Shown one piece after another: positions 40,330 to 55,700 of a stretch of DNA of 64,000 nucleotides. How positions within the stretch are numbered: position 1 is the stretch's first letter; each line of letters starts with the position of its first letter. The stretch lies in assembly GCA_965112155.1 (NCBI GenBank), contig OZ218098.1. The stretch is one strand, 5' to 3'. The notes below the pieces were generated by a model. It was given only the letters and a program-made list of their open reading frames with translations. It searched no databases and was not told the DNA's origin. A program made the translations under genes and the position numbers. The stretch comes from Podarcis liolepis. Its lineage: Eukaryota.

Positions 40330-41997
40330 TTATTATTTGTACCCTGCCCATCTGGCTGGGTTTCCCCAGCCACTCTGGGCAGCTTCCATAGAAACCAAAA
40401 CACACTAAAATAGCATACATTGCATCATACTCTGGTGCAGTACTATTGCACTTCATAAACTGTCAGTCCCAAAATGGCCGCACAGTAACCTCAACAGTCA
40501 GTTAAGAGTATTTTGGTGGAGCCAAAAACAGGGAACTATCCTGGCAAACATCTCTGTCAGTGCTACAACTCAGACATTCTGATGAGCCAGAAATTATCCT
40601 TCTGGAAGATTCCCTGCCTCAGATTGAAGCATCCCAGCTATGTCACAAGCCACTAGGATCAGTCTGCCTACTGGAATTCCCAGAACTGCTAAAATACAAT
40701 GTTCTTCACAGAGTACTGATTGTGTCTGTTAGCTTTTAGCCATTATCCAGTAAACTGAACAAGGAAAGCTATTCTACCCTGAATTGTTAACCTAATTTTA
40801 AACCTCCACCCGCTGAATCTTAGCAGCTATTCATTTGGTAAGAGACTTAGGGTCATCTGCTTAAGAGACACATTATGCAATTCTGTTTGCTTTGCTTTGA
40901 AGAGGGTTAATTTGGCCTCACAGTTTGATTGCCTTTTCTATCAGAAGACACCAAGGGAGCCTTCCAAGGCTGAAGCAGAGGCTCAGCCAAAGAGGTTCCA
41001 ATAGATGAAGTGTCGATAACTGGTTCTTTGTGGACTGTGTTCCTCTTGCTCACTTTGTGGCCTTCTTTTAAAAATCCACAGTGGAAGTAGTTCCCATTTC
41101 ATACAACGAACAGAGCACCACCTACTTTGTTCATAGATGAGAGGAAATTTAAAATATCAAGATTATGTAAAGTGTAGTTTGTGGGAACACATCCTGTGTG
41201 TTAATGTGGGGTGGTGGGACGGGGAGAAAAGAGCATGGAACAAATCCCTGAGGGGCATCAAACTATGGTTCCATACAGGTTTCTCTTTTCTTTAATCTAT
41301 ACCTTGCTCCTCTTATCCCTTTGGTGTGTCAGATATATGAATCAAAACTATATACCACCACCCACTGCAATATATGCATTCTACACAGAGGTGCCCCTCA
41401 ATACTGTCTGGAAGCTGCAGCTGGTCCAGAATGCAAAGGGTAGGCTGCCAACTAGTGCCAACCAAGCAGATCAAATACCACTGCAATTATTTAGAATAGA
41501 TGCTAATTCATTTGTTTCCAGGTCCAGCTCAAAGTCCTGGTTTTGACTTTTAAATCCTTAAGTGGTCTGTGTTTCAGGTCCTTGAAGGAATGCCTCCTCC
41601 CTAAATGTTCCCCTTTTCTGCTTCATGGTCATCAGGTAAGGTTCCGTTTTGTTCCCACTCCCTACCCCCTTGTTGGGGGCTATGAGATTTGGGACTGTCT
41701 CTGCAATGATATCTTATCTTTCAAACTTCTTGTCTAAGGTGGTCTGCCTACTCGCTCCTGATTCTTAGAAGGATGCTTAAAAATCATTTTACCCACAAAG
41801 GTGTTTTGGTTGCTGGGAGGCAACTGATCTTGGCTTTATTTAGTTTCCCTTCCAATTTCTGGTTTGTTAATACAGCAATCCTGCAATTTATGCAGGGGTT
41901 ACTTTCTGGAGATTGCACATAGTCAAAACAGATTGGGTTCAGTGGTGGGAAGGATTGCCAAAGTCTTTTTTCCCAGGTGCCTGCCTGCTTTTGGCCC

Positions 41998-42057
<60 letters not shown>

Positions 42058-43642
42058 AATAAAGCTGAATACACACGTTAAAAGCAGGCTTACTGTATTG
42101 GGATTGTAATATTTTACATTGGTTTCTATATTATTATTAGCCTATGATATACATTTTAGAAATGCATAGATAAATGCATGCAAGTGTTATGTATATATGC
42201 ATCTTCACTTACCCCATGCTGGTTGTGCAGCTTTTCCAAAAGGGTACTGTCTGTGCCTTTGGGGAATCTACTCTCTTCATTAACCAAGGCCAGCAAACCA
42301 AGTTTCTGTAGCCAAAGAAGAAAAAGACTTGCAGTGATCATTTAATGTAATGTTATCTTGCTCAGCCTAAAGTAAGGTTGGAGGGGGTGTAAAAATTGTA
42401 TGTATGTAAGGACAGCAAACACCCACACCCACACCCCTTGAGATAGCCATGATTTCCACTCATACCTCCCCCCCCCCTTCTTTTTCCTTACACTCTTCTT
42501 CTTTTTCTTCACAATGAACTCTTCTAACTTCTGAATGAAGCCTGTCTATTTCCATAAAAGTAACAGAAGCCAAGGTGGAGAGAGGCAAAATAACAGCTAT
42601 AAACTAAGGCACAGAAAGAAGCCTTGCTATTTGGGACCAAGGTCAGAGAGAAAAGCCCAGTCTACAGAGGAAGCATACTCTTGACTGCATGCTAACCCAT
42701 CACACAGGAGAGAGGCCTACCTTCTCAATAAGATCCAGGCATTCTGCATTGTCCATCCAATCAATGGCTTCCCAGCTTATCCCCTCTCTGCCAAAAAGAG
42801 AGGGGAAACACAAGTCAGGCACTCATATTTGCAGAGAGCAGGGGTTAAGAAACAGCAAGACGCTTTGGACAGAACAGAAGTACAAGAAAAGGAGAATAAT
42901 ATCCCTGGGAGGGGAAAAGCAGAGAGGAAGGTAAAACTGCTCCCAGGCAGCAAAGTAGTGGGCGACTCTTGCTTTTATCAAGCTTTCCAAGGATTTCCTT
43001 GACCCCCACATGGATTGTCAGTGATGAAATCCAAAGCGGCTTTTCTGCTAGCAGTTTTTCCTCCTCCACCTGAGAGCAGTGGGCTCTCTTGGTTGCCAGA
43101 GGCCACTACCAATAAGCAATAGCCACTGCCTCCTGAAAAGGCCACTTTTAACTACCTGTTGTACTCAAGCTGCTCCAGGGAGAATATGTGCTTGTTGAAG
43201 TACTCCTGGAGCTTCTCATTTGCATAGTTAATGTTAAACTGCTCAAAACGATTCACCTGTGCGTGTGACAAGAGAAACCAATATTAGCACCCATGTTCTT
43301 GGTCTGGGGGGGAAATCTTTTTTCCCTTGAGGGCTGCAAGGAAGAGGAAGTGCATGCGGGAAGCAGGGGAGGGTCAGCGGAAGTGCCGAGGGTCAGCTTG
43401 TTATTGCCTCTCCTGCCGGCTGCTGCCAGTCTGGGCATGCAGTGGCACAGAAACCACAGAGACTGCAAATGACAAGACTGCCCGTTCAAGGTGAAAACAG
43501 GGCACATAAAGAAAAGGATCAGTGAATGAAGCTCACTGGGTGACCTTGGGTCAGTCGCAGTCTCTCAACCTAATCTACCTCACAGGGTTGTGGCATGGAT
43601 AAGTTGTTGCGTGGTTGAGACCCGTCAGGGAAGGAAGCCAGG

Positions 43643-43702
<60 letters not shown>

Positions 43703-46700
43703 TGCAGTGCCACCTTAAGCTCTTTGGAGAAAAGGTGGGATATAAAGGTAATAATGAAAGAGGGGGAAACACAAGGGAGTGCATGCCCATGTAACATACG
43801 TGCCAAGAGTGTTTGACTAGATGCCTTACCAAAGTAATTTTCACAGGACATTGTCAGAGTTTGGGGAAGGGCTGTAGCTCAGTGGTAGAGCATATGCTTT
43901 GCATGCAGAAGGTCCCAGGTTCAATCCCTGGGTTCTCCGGGTATGACTGGGAATGCCCTCTATCTGGAGCCCTGAAAAGTCGCTGCCAGTCTGTGTAGAC
44001 AATACTGAAGTAGATGCCTGACTTGGTGTATTTCAACAAACAATATACAGGGTGTAGTGATATACAAGCAATTTTTGTGTGTGACTTTGACTTGGTGTGT
44101 GGCAGCTGCCTTTGTTTCCAATTTCAAGAATGAGGTTCAAGGGGCAATGACCATCCCATCCCCTGCCCAACTGGCTTGGTATCGAGCAATTTATGTTCCA
44201 ATGTACCTCCAGGTAATCAGCTCAGCTTGTTTTCTGCATGCACTGAAACTTCCTTTGGTCCATGCAACAATCCCCAATAGTTTAATTTCTAACCTGGAAA
44301 TTCTCAAACCCGAAGATATCCAGGATTCCAACAGACTTAAAGTTTTCCTTCCCTTTTATCTTTGAGTTAATCTTGCCAATGATCCATGAGAAGCACTGTG
44401 AATAAAGGGCCATGGCGAGGGAGTCTCTAGAGTCAGCAGCCTAGGGGCAAACAAGGAGGAAGACAATGCTTGTCAGCAAGCAATGAAATGGGGGAGGGGG
44501 GAGAGACACCAAACATCACTCTATATGCTGGAGAGCAACACAGCAAACTATGGGGAGATTGAGGCAGCAAAGGCCTGGCAAATGAACAGTATCCCTGGGA
44601 AACTAATTTTAAGTATAGGACAGCAGAGAAACTGCAGCTGAAACTCAGGTGCCTGAATTGCCAAGGATGGGATGACTGCTATCAAGCATGCCTCCCAACT
44701 CCATCTGTGCCAAACTAGGCCTTGTTCTCACCATGAGAAAATGAGGTATAAACCTGGGTCTGGACTGCAAGTGGGGGACTTACATACTATAGGTTAGACC
44801 CTTTTCTTCAAAATATGCCTATGTATAGTCTTTTACACGGCATGCAAGCCTTCCATGAAGAGGAATCTGAAAAGGTCCAGTGGAGACATGTAGTTTCATT
44901 GCCTTGGTTACTGTTTGTGAGAATTAGGCCCTTGTCAGTCCAAGCTTCCTCCTCTAGGAGGGGGCCTAAAGAAGCCCCTTTGCTTTCCTCCATCAGCTGC
45001 CTCACACTACCAAGTCTCTTCACTTCTCAGAGGCAGGGCCATCTTTACCAAGGGATGCAAAGGGTGTGGGGCACCTGGGTGCTGAATTTGGGGGGACGCC
45101 CGGCACCCACTGCTGAAGCTCTTAACTGTCTACCTGTTATGAAATAATAAAGAATTCTGACCAAGCTAGAAAAACAAAATACATATATACCTAGGTATTA
45201 CCGAAATGTATACCTACTGTTTCACTAAAGAACTTTCGACTTTGTGCACTCATTTACCAAAGACGCGCTGCACCAGCGGCACTTGTCAGACTCAATGACA
45301 GCGCTTGTAATTCACAATGGTGCCGTGCATGCGAAATTAACTCTTACATCAAAATATTATGTTATGTATTGTTTTGAGCTACTATGCAGCAGTTGGGTCA
45401 GCGGCACCTTTGACACGACTGATGTTTCTCCTAAGTAGGTGCCTAAACAATACTTATAAGTTTAAGTGTGGTGGTGTTATATACTTAAGTATAAGTATTC
45501 AGTATTGTAAATAAATGAGCAAATAAAGAAGTTTGTTTCTTTTTCCTCCCTTCTTTCGTGAACAAGAGATAAGGCATAAGTGTGGTGTCTGACATAAGCA
45601 TAATAAAAGTTAATTTGGGGGCTAAACTAAATTTGGGGGCGCTGGGTGGATCTTTGCACTCCTGCGGCGCATATGCTAAGACAGCGCTGCTCACAGGAAA
45701 CCATAGATCAGAAGGCAGGAGAGCCATAAGGTCTCTCCTTTGGCTCAGTGACCACCACTGTCCTTTAGAAAGCCTGAGGCCTAAACCACATGTTACAAGG
45801 AATACTTGGTGGCTGCCTCCTTGCATCTCCTCAGTAATATTTAGTCAAGGAAGATGCATGATGCCAGCACATTGAGACTTTCCCTGCCCCTGCTCTGCAT
45901 CACTGGCTGCTGCTTGCAGGGGGAAAGGAAACTCTGGGCACAATGATGCCCTCTCAAATGGTCTTTAACTAAACAGAGCCGAAAAAACATGGTGGAAAGA
46001 TGCAGGTGGGCAACAGCTACACATTCCCTGCATTGTATAGTTTGGGCCGGAGCCAACTGCGCTTAGCGAAGCACAGACAGGGAGGAGCAGAACTCAAGTG
46101 GCCAGACTGCCTGGTAATTCAACATCTCTGCAACATCTTCCAGGAACGGGCGCTTGACTCAACACACCCGGGACTAGGACAAAAGCAGGGGTGGGCGGCA
46201 CACAGACACGTGCGTTCTGTCAAAGGCCCCATTGACTGGCCTCAGCTCCTTCTGTCTAACACACTGGAAAATGCCAGTGCTTGGCATTATAATTAGCTCT
46301 GCGTACACTGCAAACTGACTGGCATCACATTCTCTCATGCATCTGGCAATAGTTGGCTGGCATTCCTGGAAGGCTGGGACGGGGAAAGTGGGCATTTGGC
46401 AGCAGGAAGTCTAACTAGTGAGGAAGGGCTATTGAGGGGTGTGCCACAGTGCCCTCATGTTCTGCTTGCGGGTTTCCAATAGGCATCTGATTTGCCACTG
46501 TGGGAAGAGAGTGCTGGACTGAGTGGGCCTTTGGCCTGATGCAACAGGGCTGTATCCTCTGCAGAGTGCTTGCTGCACTTATCTACAGGAGAATCCATTT
46601 AATTGCTTGTTGCTTCTCCAGAGACACCCAGCTCACATTATGCAGCATCTGCAGCAGAGATATCGGCGCGGGGGGGGGGGGGCTCAGGCCTGGGGGCCAA

Positions 46701-49700
46701 ATCCAGCCCTCTAAGCCACTCTACCTGACCCACAGGTTTCTACCTAGACCACACACCTTACTGGCCCCTGGTCTGCACCCTCATTGAGAGTTTTGCCTGG
46801 CTGGAATATGTCCCTGAACTCTGCGAATGCCTCTTGCTCATCTGGGTGGAAGATACAGAGAAGTTTGAGGCTCCATGCAGAAGCTATCATACTGTACAAG
46901 AGTCACATTCATCGCTCTGTCCCCATTTACATTTGGTCCCACTTGGCGCCAGCGCGTGGCCCTCAGAAGGCAGCTGAAAAAGATTCCCCAACCCAGCTCT
47001 ACAGCGGTAAAGTTGTTAACAAGGCTGATTCACCCTCTCTTCCTGCCTTGCAAATGGCTTCCCTACATCCCAGCTTACTCAAATTCCTGAGCCACAGTGC
47101 ACATTATGGGAAGCCCTCCTCAAGGGTTGGGGGAGTATGTCATGTTCAAATCCGAGGCATCCCTCAAGCGCCATTTCCCCTTGACAACTATGTGAGTGCT
47201 GCCACCTAGAGGCAAGTGCCCTTCATAGCCAGGCGCCACCACCATGCTTAGTGCAAAGCCCGTTGGCTACTCACTCACCTGCTCCACAGTGAGGGGAGAG
47301 CTGATCTCCTCTCCCCGTAGGAACATGGATCTCTGGGTGAGCACCTCAGACAACTGGAAGGCATCCAAGCCAAGCAGCTCGCTGACATTATTCAGCACTA
47401 GGAGAGAGGATGATAAGAGAGAGATGGCAGTAATGCTTGCAATAATGTGTTCTTATTATGTGGAAGTGATTGATGAGGGAGGGGGCCTCTCCTCAAAAAG
47501 GGACAGGAAGCCAATACAATCAAGAGGCGGGATAGACATTTGGAGAGACCTTGCTGTTAACTCTTGATCCCCCCCCCCCAAGACTCCACTGATAGGCCCA
47601 GGGGGAAGGCGGGAAAATAACAGAAACACAGTAACTGTGACATTCCAAAACATGGCAAAGCTATCTCTGGCAAGCCAGCATGACAACTAGGGTAGAGGAT
47701 TTGTAAGCCATAGTTTCACAACATGGTGAAGTTCGAGCCCATTCGCACACTCAAAACCTAATTTGAATTGGGGGGTTAAAAATTTACTGTGAATTTAACA
47801 GTGTCTCATATTGGGAAGAACTAGACTTGGAATTGTCCCCCAACTCCTATAGTTCCTGGGCGTCCATTTTGTCCTGTGAACAGTAACAGAAAGGCAGTAA
47901 AGTCTGACCAGCGGATCAGCATGGTCACCAAAACGATGAGGGAGGAGAAGCAGATTCCAGGTGGGGACGCCCTTCACAGAAGGGTGCCGCTTACCAGTTT
48001 TTGTTGTAATCTGAGCTCCTCCGGCCGTCATAAATTCAATGTTTCCAAGTTGCAGGATGCCAGACAGGAGTTTGAAAATGTCTCTGATCTCTTCAGAACC
48101 GAATCCCATCACTTCGAGGGCAGTCTGCTCAAAACACATTGGAGTTAGGTTAACTCCACTGTCACCCACCACCATCGGGCCAATCATAGACTTGCTATAA
48201 AGCAATCCTTACACATCAGCGCACACAAACCAGTTAACACATCCCTCTGTGAGATTTTGCTTTCTAAGGCTAGCACCCTGAACACACTCACTATGAAGCA
48301 GCTGTACTGAGGTCCATAGAACTTACTTCTGAATATGTGATTGTCCTATTTCAGTCCTTTGGAGAGACTATTCCATAGACTCACCTGTTTCCTTGATTCC
48401 ATATTGCAGCTGTGATTTTTGCCACTATGAACACAGAGCCAAGAATGCTCTGGGTAATGTTGAGCCTGGTTTCAGTTAGCCTTGCACCTTATATCCTGGT
48501 GGCAGTCAGACCCAATATGCAAGAGGATCCACAACAGGGGCAGAGATCCTGTGACCTTCCAGCTGTTGCTGGACTACAGCTCCCATGATCCCTCAGCAGT
48601 ATCCGCATTGGCTGACACTGTCCAGAAAAATCTGGAGGACCACAGGATCTCTATCCCTGAGCTACAAGACCACCCTCTTGTACTTCCAGGCTTTTCCTTA
48701 AGCGAATCCTCTTCTGCTCTCTTCCTAGCATGCCCTTTCCTTGTCCTTATTCTACAGTCTACCTTTCAATTTTATCTCCTATACAGCACTCCGCTTCAAA
48801 AGTGCTTTATAAATAATAAATATGATTCCTATAGCACCCTCACATCTTTTCCCTCCTTCTACATTACAAATCAGTGCCCATATTTTTGCAGGCTAAATCC
48901 TTCCCCCAGCTCCTTTTTTTTTTAAGTGATGGGAACAAATGTAGTAGTGCAGAACTGCAAGAAACAATGGGGGGAAACTACGCTAGTGGGCAGACAATGA
49001 GAAGTGTCGTCAAGCTACCATTACTTTAGTCTAAGCAGCCTCTCTAAATTGCTATCAAACAAAGCACCCAATTAGCAGGCACCACGTCCAGACAGGCCAT
49101 CAAGAGTGAAAAATGATCCTCTTGCATTCAGTTATTTTGCAATTTAGTCTTCATCGAAGGAACAGGCACACCTTTCCCTTTAAACACACATGCAGAGGCA
49201 GAGAGAGAGAGAGAGAGAACCCCCTGCCCTCACAGCATTGCCTAATGCAGGTGTGTGAAACCTTTGTATCCCCCAGTTGTTGCTGAACTACAACATGCAT
49301 CATCCCTGGCCATTGGCCATGCTTGCTAGGGCTGATGGGAGTTGTAGTTCTGCAACATCTGGAGGGCCACAGCTTACCCACACCTAGCCTAAAGTCTTGC
49401 CTGGAGTCAAAAGGAAGACTCACCATGACCTTGCTGAACATCTCTTTGTCGTCCAGGTTCTCATTGGTTACACAGCCAGACTGGTTTAAGTAACGATAGC
49501 TCTTGGGCTCCAGCAGGACCAGGGCTTCTGTAGGGAGGCAGCTCCCCAAAGGAGAAGCAAACACATTGGAGGTCGGGGTAGGAGGGTGGGGGGAGAGAAG
49601 ATGAGCCAGGGACATCCAGAAAGCAACCAACTCTTCTTCCACTTGCTCCTTTCTCTGGGGTTGTCTATACAGCACTCCCAGTTCAACATCATAGGACCAA

Positions 49701-52700
49701 ACCACAGCATGGCAAAGTCTCCCCCCAACACAAAAACAACTCAAGGACAATAGATTGTGGAATAAGTTGTGGGGAGCCAACATTAGCCTGTAACTGCCTT
49801 GTCCACAGTGGAAATAAGACATTTTTTAATTGTAAGCAGCACTGGCAACTTGCAGTTTTGAATGTCAAGTGAGAGGGGTACTTAACCCATGAGGTAAAAA
49901 CATAAGAAGGATCCTGCTGGGTCAGTTTAAAGGCCTATCTAGTCCAGCATTCTGCTTCCCACAGTGGCCAACCTGTGGTGAAAGCAGCCTGGATGAGTGG
50001 TTTAGAGTTGGAAAAGAGGAAGTGGGTTAAGAGGTTTAAGTATACCCTCCTTTTGCTGCTCCTCTGCTCAAAATTAGAGGCACCCAATGCTGTTTTACTC
50101 TTCTTTTCTTTTCAAATAAACTTGCTAGGAAGTAACTTGTAATGTCTAGTTTGCCCCAATGCTCAAAATACTGGGAACTAAACAACCAATTCCTAGGCAT
50201 CTAATTGCAGAAGACTTCTAAACCCAGTTATTGGTGCATCAGTAAGTACAGCAGCAATTCTGCCAAATAGATATACCTTCCTGTGGTTGCCAGCAGAAAT
50301 TCCCCCTTCTCCAGCCCAGGGACTGCTAAAGTGTGTGAAGATACCATATTACTCTGCTAAGGGCATTCCTGGATGCCACTGCAAATTCCCTCTCTGCCAA
50401 TCTGAGATCTAGGGTTGCCATATTTCAAAAAGTAAAAAGCAGGACACCCCGAAAGTTGTTGAACTTTTTTTAGGAAGCAGAGTTTGGCCCAGTTGCAGAC
50501 AGACCACAGAGGAAATACCACAAATTCCACTCACTGGAATCTGAGGTCAGGGGTTTCCAGCTCCATTCCCAGGCTCACTAGGGTCCTGATAAAAGTATTA
50601 TTTAAGTGGGTACCAAAGCTTTGTCTCTGTATCAGAAGCTACACCCTTTCCCTCTTAAACTAGGCCGACTGCATCAGAAATAAAGGCTACTCCCTCCAAA
50701 ACAACCCAAGCAGAGAATGGCCCGAGGAAGTCTGAGATGCGTCTCCAATGCAAATTTTTCATGGCTAATTCCAATTTCAGCCTTGCTTTTTGTAGTGCCC
50801 CACATTCATCGTGGGATTTCTGGGACACAAATCCCTGAGGCATTTTCCTCAAACAATTCAACCAAAGTTTTCTTGCTTCTAGTGTAAGGTTCCCCACCCC
50901 CACCCTCAGCTTTGAATTTGTGGCTACGGTTAACATGGTGGTATGTAACATGGAAAACTAGCCATTGCTAATTCAACTGATTTAGGTCATGGACAATCCC
51001 TCAAAGGAAGAAGGGGGTTCTGGGGGAAATGTGAAAGTCTTCCTGTGGCAGGAGGGAGGGGAAGTTGAATCTGATCAGCGGCAAGGCACAGGGAGCTGCA
51101 AAAGGAGTGATGGGCTGGGAGATTTAGAAAGGGCTGGTGGAAAGAAGAGAGCAATGCTCTGACCAGCCCTCGAGAAAATCATGCCTCTGTTAACTGTCCA
51201 AGGACATGGTTAAGTACAGAAACTGGGCTATTGATTCTGTGGGTAACGCAGGTGTCTCCCTGCTCCCTTCTGCACTCGTCTCCTACAAGAGGGACGAGTA
51301 GGCCTTAAACAGGAAATACAAGGCATCATTTAAATACACCGTCTCAAGAGTGGACTTGAGATATGATATCCCTTCTTGAAGTTGCAGGAGAAATGCCATT
51401 CACAAACTAGAATTCTGAGTTCAGGACTCCACCATTAATTTATACAGAGCAAGGGTGCGTCAGGGGCCAAATCCAGCCCTCTAGGCCTCTCTGTCTACTC
51501 TTTGGCACTCTCCCCAGACCATACCCCACCCCTCACTGGTCCCTCAAGTGTTTCTGTCTAGAATGAGTCCTGACAGCGCCTCTCACTTGCCTGGGTGGAA
51601 GACAGAAGGGTCTTTGTGTGAAAACTGGCCTGCTGTATAAAGGTATCATTTACACCTGCTGTTGGACTTGCTTTCGCCTCTGGCTCCACCCACCACTGGC
51701 ATGTGGCCCTCAGAGCATTGACTGGAAAGGAATGTGGCCCTCGGGCTGACAAAAGTTTCCCACCCTGGTGTAGATTTCTATCCTTAAGATTCTGAGCCTG
51801 TTCCTCCTCTGAAACCTGGGGTATTAGCCTGCTCTCTGAGCCACTCTGCCTACTGCAAGAGTGGGGATCCTCCAGCCCTCCAGGGGCTTCAGTTTGGTCT
51901 GCAAGGCCAAGCCACACCCACTCATCCATCAGCTGACATCAGTGGTGACTTCAGCAGATGAGCGGGAGGACAAGGTTTAATCCTGCACTGCCTGCCCACA
52001 TGTCCCGTTTCCAGCAGGGAACACTATCACACAGCAAAAGGCAGCAAGATTTAATCTCCACTTATCAGCTGATGGGCGGAAATTAAAGCCTTCTCAAAAT
52101 TGCAGCTTGTGTGCTTCTCCAGCTAGCAGCAGAAGCAAGAGGAGGGGAAGAAGAATCAACCCTGCCCTCCCCTCTGCCACCAAGCACCAGCTCACAGGAG
52201 AAGCAGCACTTTTGAGAAGCGCATTAAGAAAAACCCCTGGTCCAGTTTCAGCTGAAATGAGACTATGGGAGCTGCTTCTCCCATGAGCAGGAGGGTGGCA
52301 ACAAGGGGGAGGTGGGGGGAGGCTCTTGTCCTTTGCTTGGCTGCTGCCACTGCGCACAGGAGAAGTGCACAGAGTTCCAGTCCTTTGCAAGCCTCCCTTC
52401 CCTTGTTTGAAGTTCAGTGGCGAAAGGATTTTGAGTCAAGCTTGGCTCGTCAGGAACCCTAATAAGGATCTGGCCCAAAAAGGTTCCCCATCCCTGCCTG
52501 ACTGCAAGAGATTGCTCTTCTCATTGAATGAGAGAATGCAACTTTGTGAATCCTCATTACCTTTGTGTTCTTCGCTGACACCTGCTAACAAGGCATAGAA
52601 GATATGATAATTACGTTCCTCCGGGTTCTGGTGAACAACTCTGTTCTGAAACAAAGAAGAGTGAAGGGGGTGTGACCCCAAAGGCACACACAAACTAGCA

Positions 52701-55700
52701 GAGCTCCTGGCAATGAAATATGTGCTCGGCATAGGAGGAAGGGCAGCCACTGTGCTTAGCCCTGTTTCTGCTACATCAACAGCATGAAAAGAATCCAGGT
52801 ACGTGTGCGTCGCCACATACAGTTCTATATGCAATATGTCCTGGGGTCTATGCAAGAATGAGGGAAGTCCACACCAAAACCCATAACCAGTCACGGTTTA
52901 ATCTCCGTTTCCATGCGCCAAATTATATCCCTGCTTGAGTGGGAGGACTGAGGTCTTGTGCTGTCTTCCTTCACTGCCATTTTCTTGTTGCTGCTCCTTC
53001 ACTACTACTGGAGCCTCTCTCCCTTTTTTCTTTTTGATTAATTTAGCACCATTTCATCCATGCACTTTCGCACCGGGACACGTTGCTCATTTGCCTACTT
53101 CACAGTCTCAGAATCTGACTACTCCCTTTTCCCTAGCAAAGCAAATCAGCCTCACTCCTCCCTTTTCAGTACTGTCTTGTGTGTGGGTCCATTAGTGCAA
53201 TTGCATAGATGCAATTGCGCAAAACAGGACATTTATTAATAACAGAGATGTTCAAGGATGAGGAAGCATATGTATTATGGGAAACTCGTGGTTCTTTCTG
53301 AGACGGTGAAGGTTTATAGTGAAATGAAACAAAAAAAAGGGAATATAGCTTAATGTAGTGCAGACACACCAGAGTTTCTACGGAGCAGAACTTTTAGGGG
53401 TGTTGAGACAGTACTCTACCCAGGAGTAGCCATCATAGCATATCATCTGGACATTGTGAAGGGGCAAAGAAGAGGGGGCACAATCAAAATAAACTTTACT
53501 CACCTTCTCCAATAAATCTGAGCAATGAGTTAAGGAGGAAGCAATGGTACGAAGGCTCCTAGAAAGACTTCCCAATGTCTGGCAAAGAATCTTTCAATGC
53601 CATAGGAATCTGGCTGCAAAGAACTCTGTCCCCAACTTATATGGGCGCAGATTGTTTCACTCCTGGATTCTAAACAGTTAGAGAGCTACCCTCTTTTGCA
53701 AAGGAAAACTCAACACAGAATCGGAAATGAGCTGGAAAATGGGGAGGAAGGTTGCCTTGCCTGACATGATTATACCCTGCTGAGCCAGCAGTGGAGACAC
53801 AACCAGCTCACCAGCTCCGCTTGGCCTTGGGTGTGCGCTAAGGTAATCAGGGATAAAACCACCAAAAATAAGGATACAGTCAGTGACTCTCCCACCCTGG
53901 ATATGCCCATGCTGGGAAAAGTGCAGCTGGATGAACTTGCCAAAGCGACTAGAATTGTTGTTGTAGACTGTCTTGGCATTTCCAAAAGCCTCCAGTACTG
54001 GGCTAGGAAGGAAGGAAGGAAGGAGATTAGTAGTGATGTTTGGGGTGTATAATAAGGGTAGACTGCACTTTATTTAAATCTAGGCATGTTTACTGTGCAG
54101 ACCTTTCAAATTTTGAGGAACTGAGCTCTCTCTTAACAAAAACTACAACTCCCTCCAAAAAACACAACCTTCCAAGTTTCTAGCCCTCATGTCTGCAATG
54201 ACAGACTTGATATCTCCAAAGTCTGTGTTTACTGCAACTTGCTCCTCCCCCTTGACCAGCAGAAGCAGAATCAACCAAATATACGTGAACATTTTCAATT
54301 AATGTAGCTTATACATGCTGCACAATCCTGCTTTTCTTAGTGCACCAAGCAGTCCCACTTATACATGTTGGACACCTGAGGAAATGGACGTGGAAACAGC
54401 CACCAGAAATGAGCATGGCAGGCATTATCGATTTCCTATCTTTGCTTCCCTGGTTCAAAACAGCACAGACCTCTGACCTCTGAAGGGTATCTGGAGAAAG
54501 TCAGGCAGATGGATTCTCCTTATCAAGTGCAGAAATATTCCAAGGAATAAGGACTTTTGCTGGACCCTCTCTATGCATTACAGCCCCCTAGCTGAAAAAG
54601 GAAGTTTGTGGGCCGTAACTAGAAGGCAGACAGTTGGGAAGCTGCAGTGCCAGTCCCACCCCTTGTCCGTGACATGGCTCCCCTGAGAGGAGACACCTCC
54701 AAACCGCACACTCACGCCAACCCTGTGCTGTGTGGGCTTGTACCTGCTCTCCATAATGGCCTCCTCCACATGTGTGCTCTTCTCTGACGCAGGGCCGCCC
54801 AGTGAGGTCTGGCTCATGGCTGACAGGAACTTCAGCAGCAACTTGGTACTCTCTGTCTTTCCAGCTCCACTTTCGCCACTGTTAAATGGACAGCCAAAAC
54901 AACCTGCTCAGGACAGCACCAACCAAAGGGAATGCCAGCCTCAATGGCAAGTCAGAAAGAATGGCTCCAGAATGTACGTGCAGCACTCCCCTCAAAATCC
55001 CGACTAATGGTTGGGGAGATGTTTGCTGCAAAGAGCATAAAAAGATAAGGAGAGCCTTGGTGCAGCAGGCCAGCTGTCCACCCTGGTTCAACAACTGGTA
55101 TTCAGAGGCATACGGCCTTCAAGAATGGAAGTACGACACTGAGAGCCTTATCCTCTGGGAATTTGCCCGATACCTTTTAAAGATGGCGGCCATCGCTACA
55201 TCCTCCATTGTTTAACTATATGCTATGGGGGGGTGTGCTTTGATTCGTCTGCCCTCCTGATCCAAAGTGCCTCCCTCACCTGATGAGGACGCATTGGCTG
55301 TCATGGCGCCTCCACAGGCAGCTGTAGCACTCGCTGGCTGTGGCAAAGATGTGGGGTGGCAGCTCACCCAGACAGTGCTGGCGGTACAGGTCAATGGCAT
55401 CAGCATCATACAATCCAGCGATGGGCTTGTAGGGATTCACAGAGACCAAGATGGAGCCGATGTTTGTCTGGAGGAGAAAGCAGAAAGAACAGCAAAATAA
55501 ACAAGTGGTTTTAGTGAGCTGCTGGGGACCAACTCCATACATTTGTACACATGCGCTTCTGTAAGAGCCGCCACTCACCGTTTGCCACAAGAGGGCAATA
55601 TTCTACCTCCCTCCGGGCACTTTGAACCCATAAAATCTGACAGTGTTCAAATGCTAATAAGCTCCATACAGGGTGATTTGTTTCAGTCACCTTCTTGCAA

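Noticed and set aside
43868-43940. tRNA gene
   Set aside because: A and B boxes are present, but I could not close an acceptor stem, and the sequence continues into a SINE body shared with other copies
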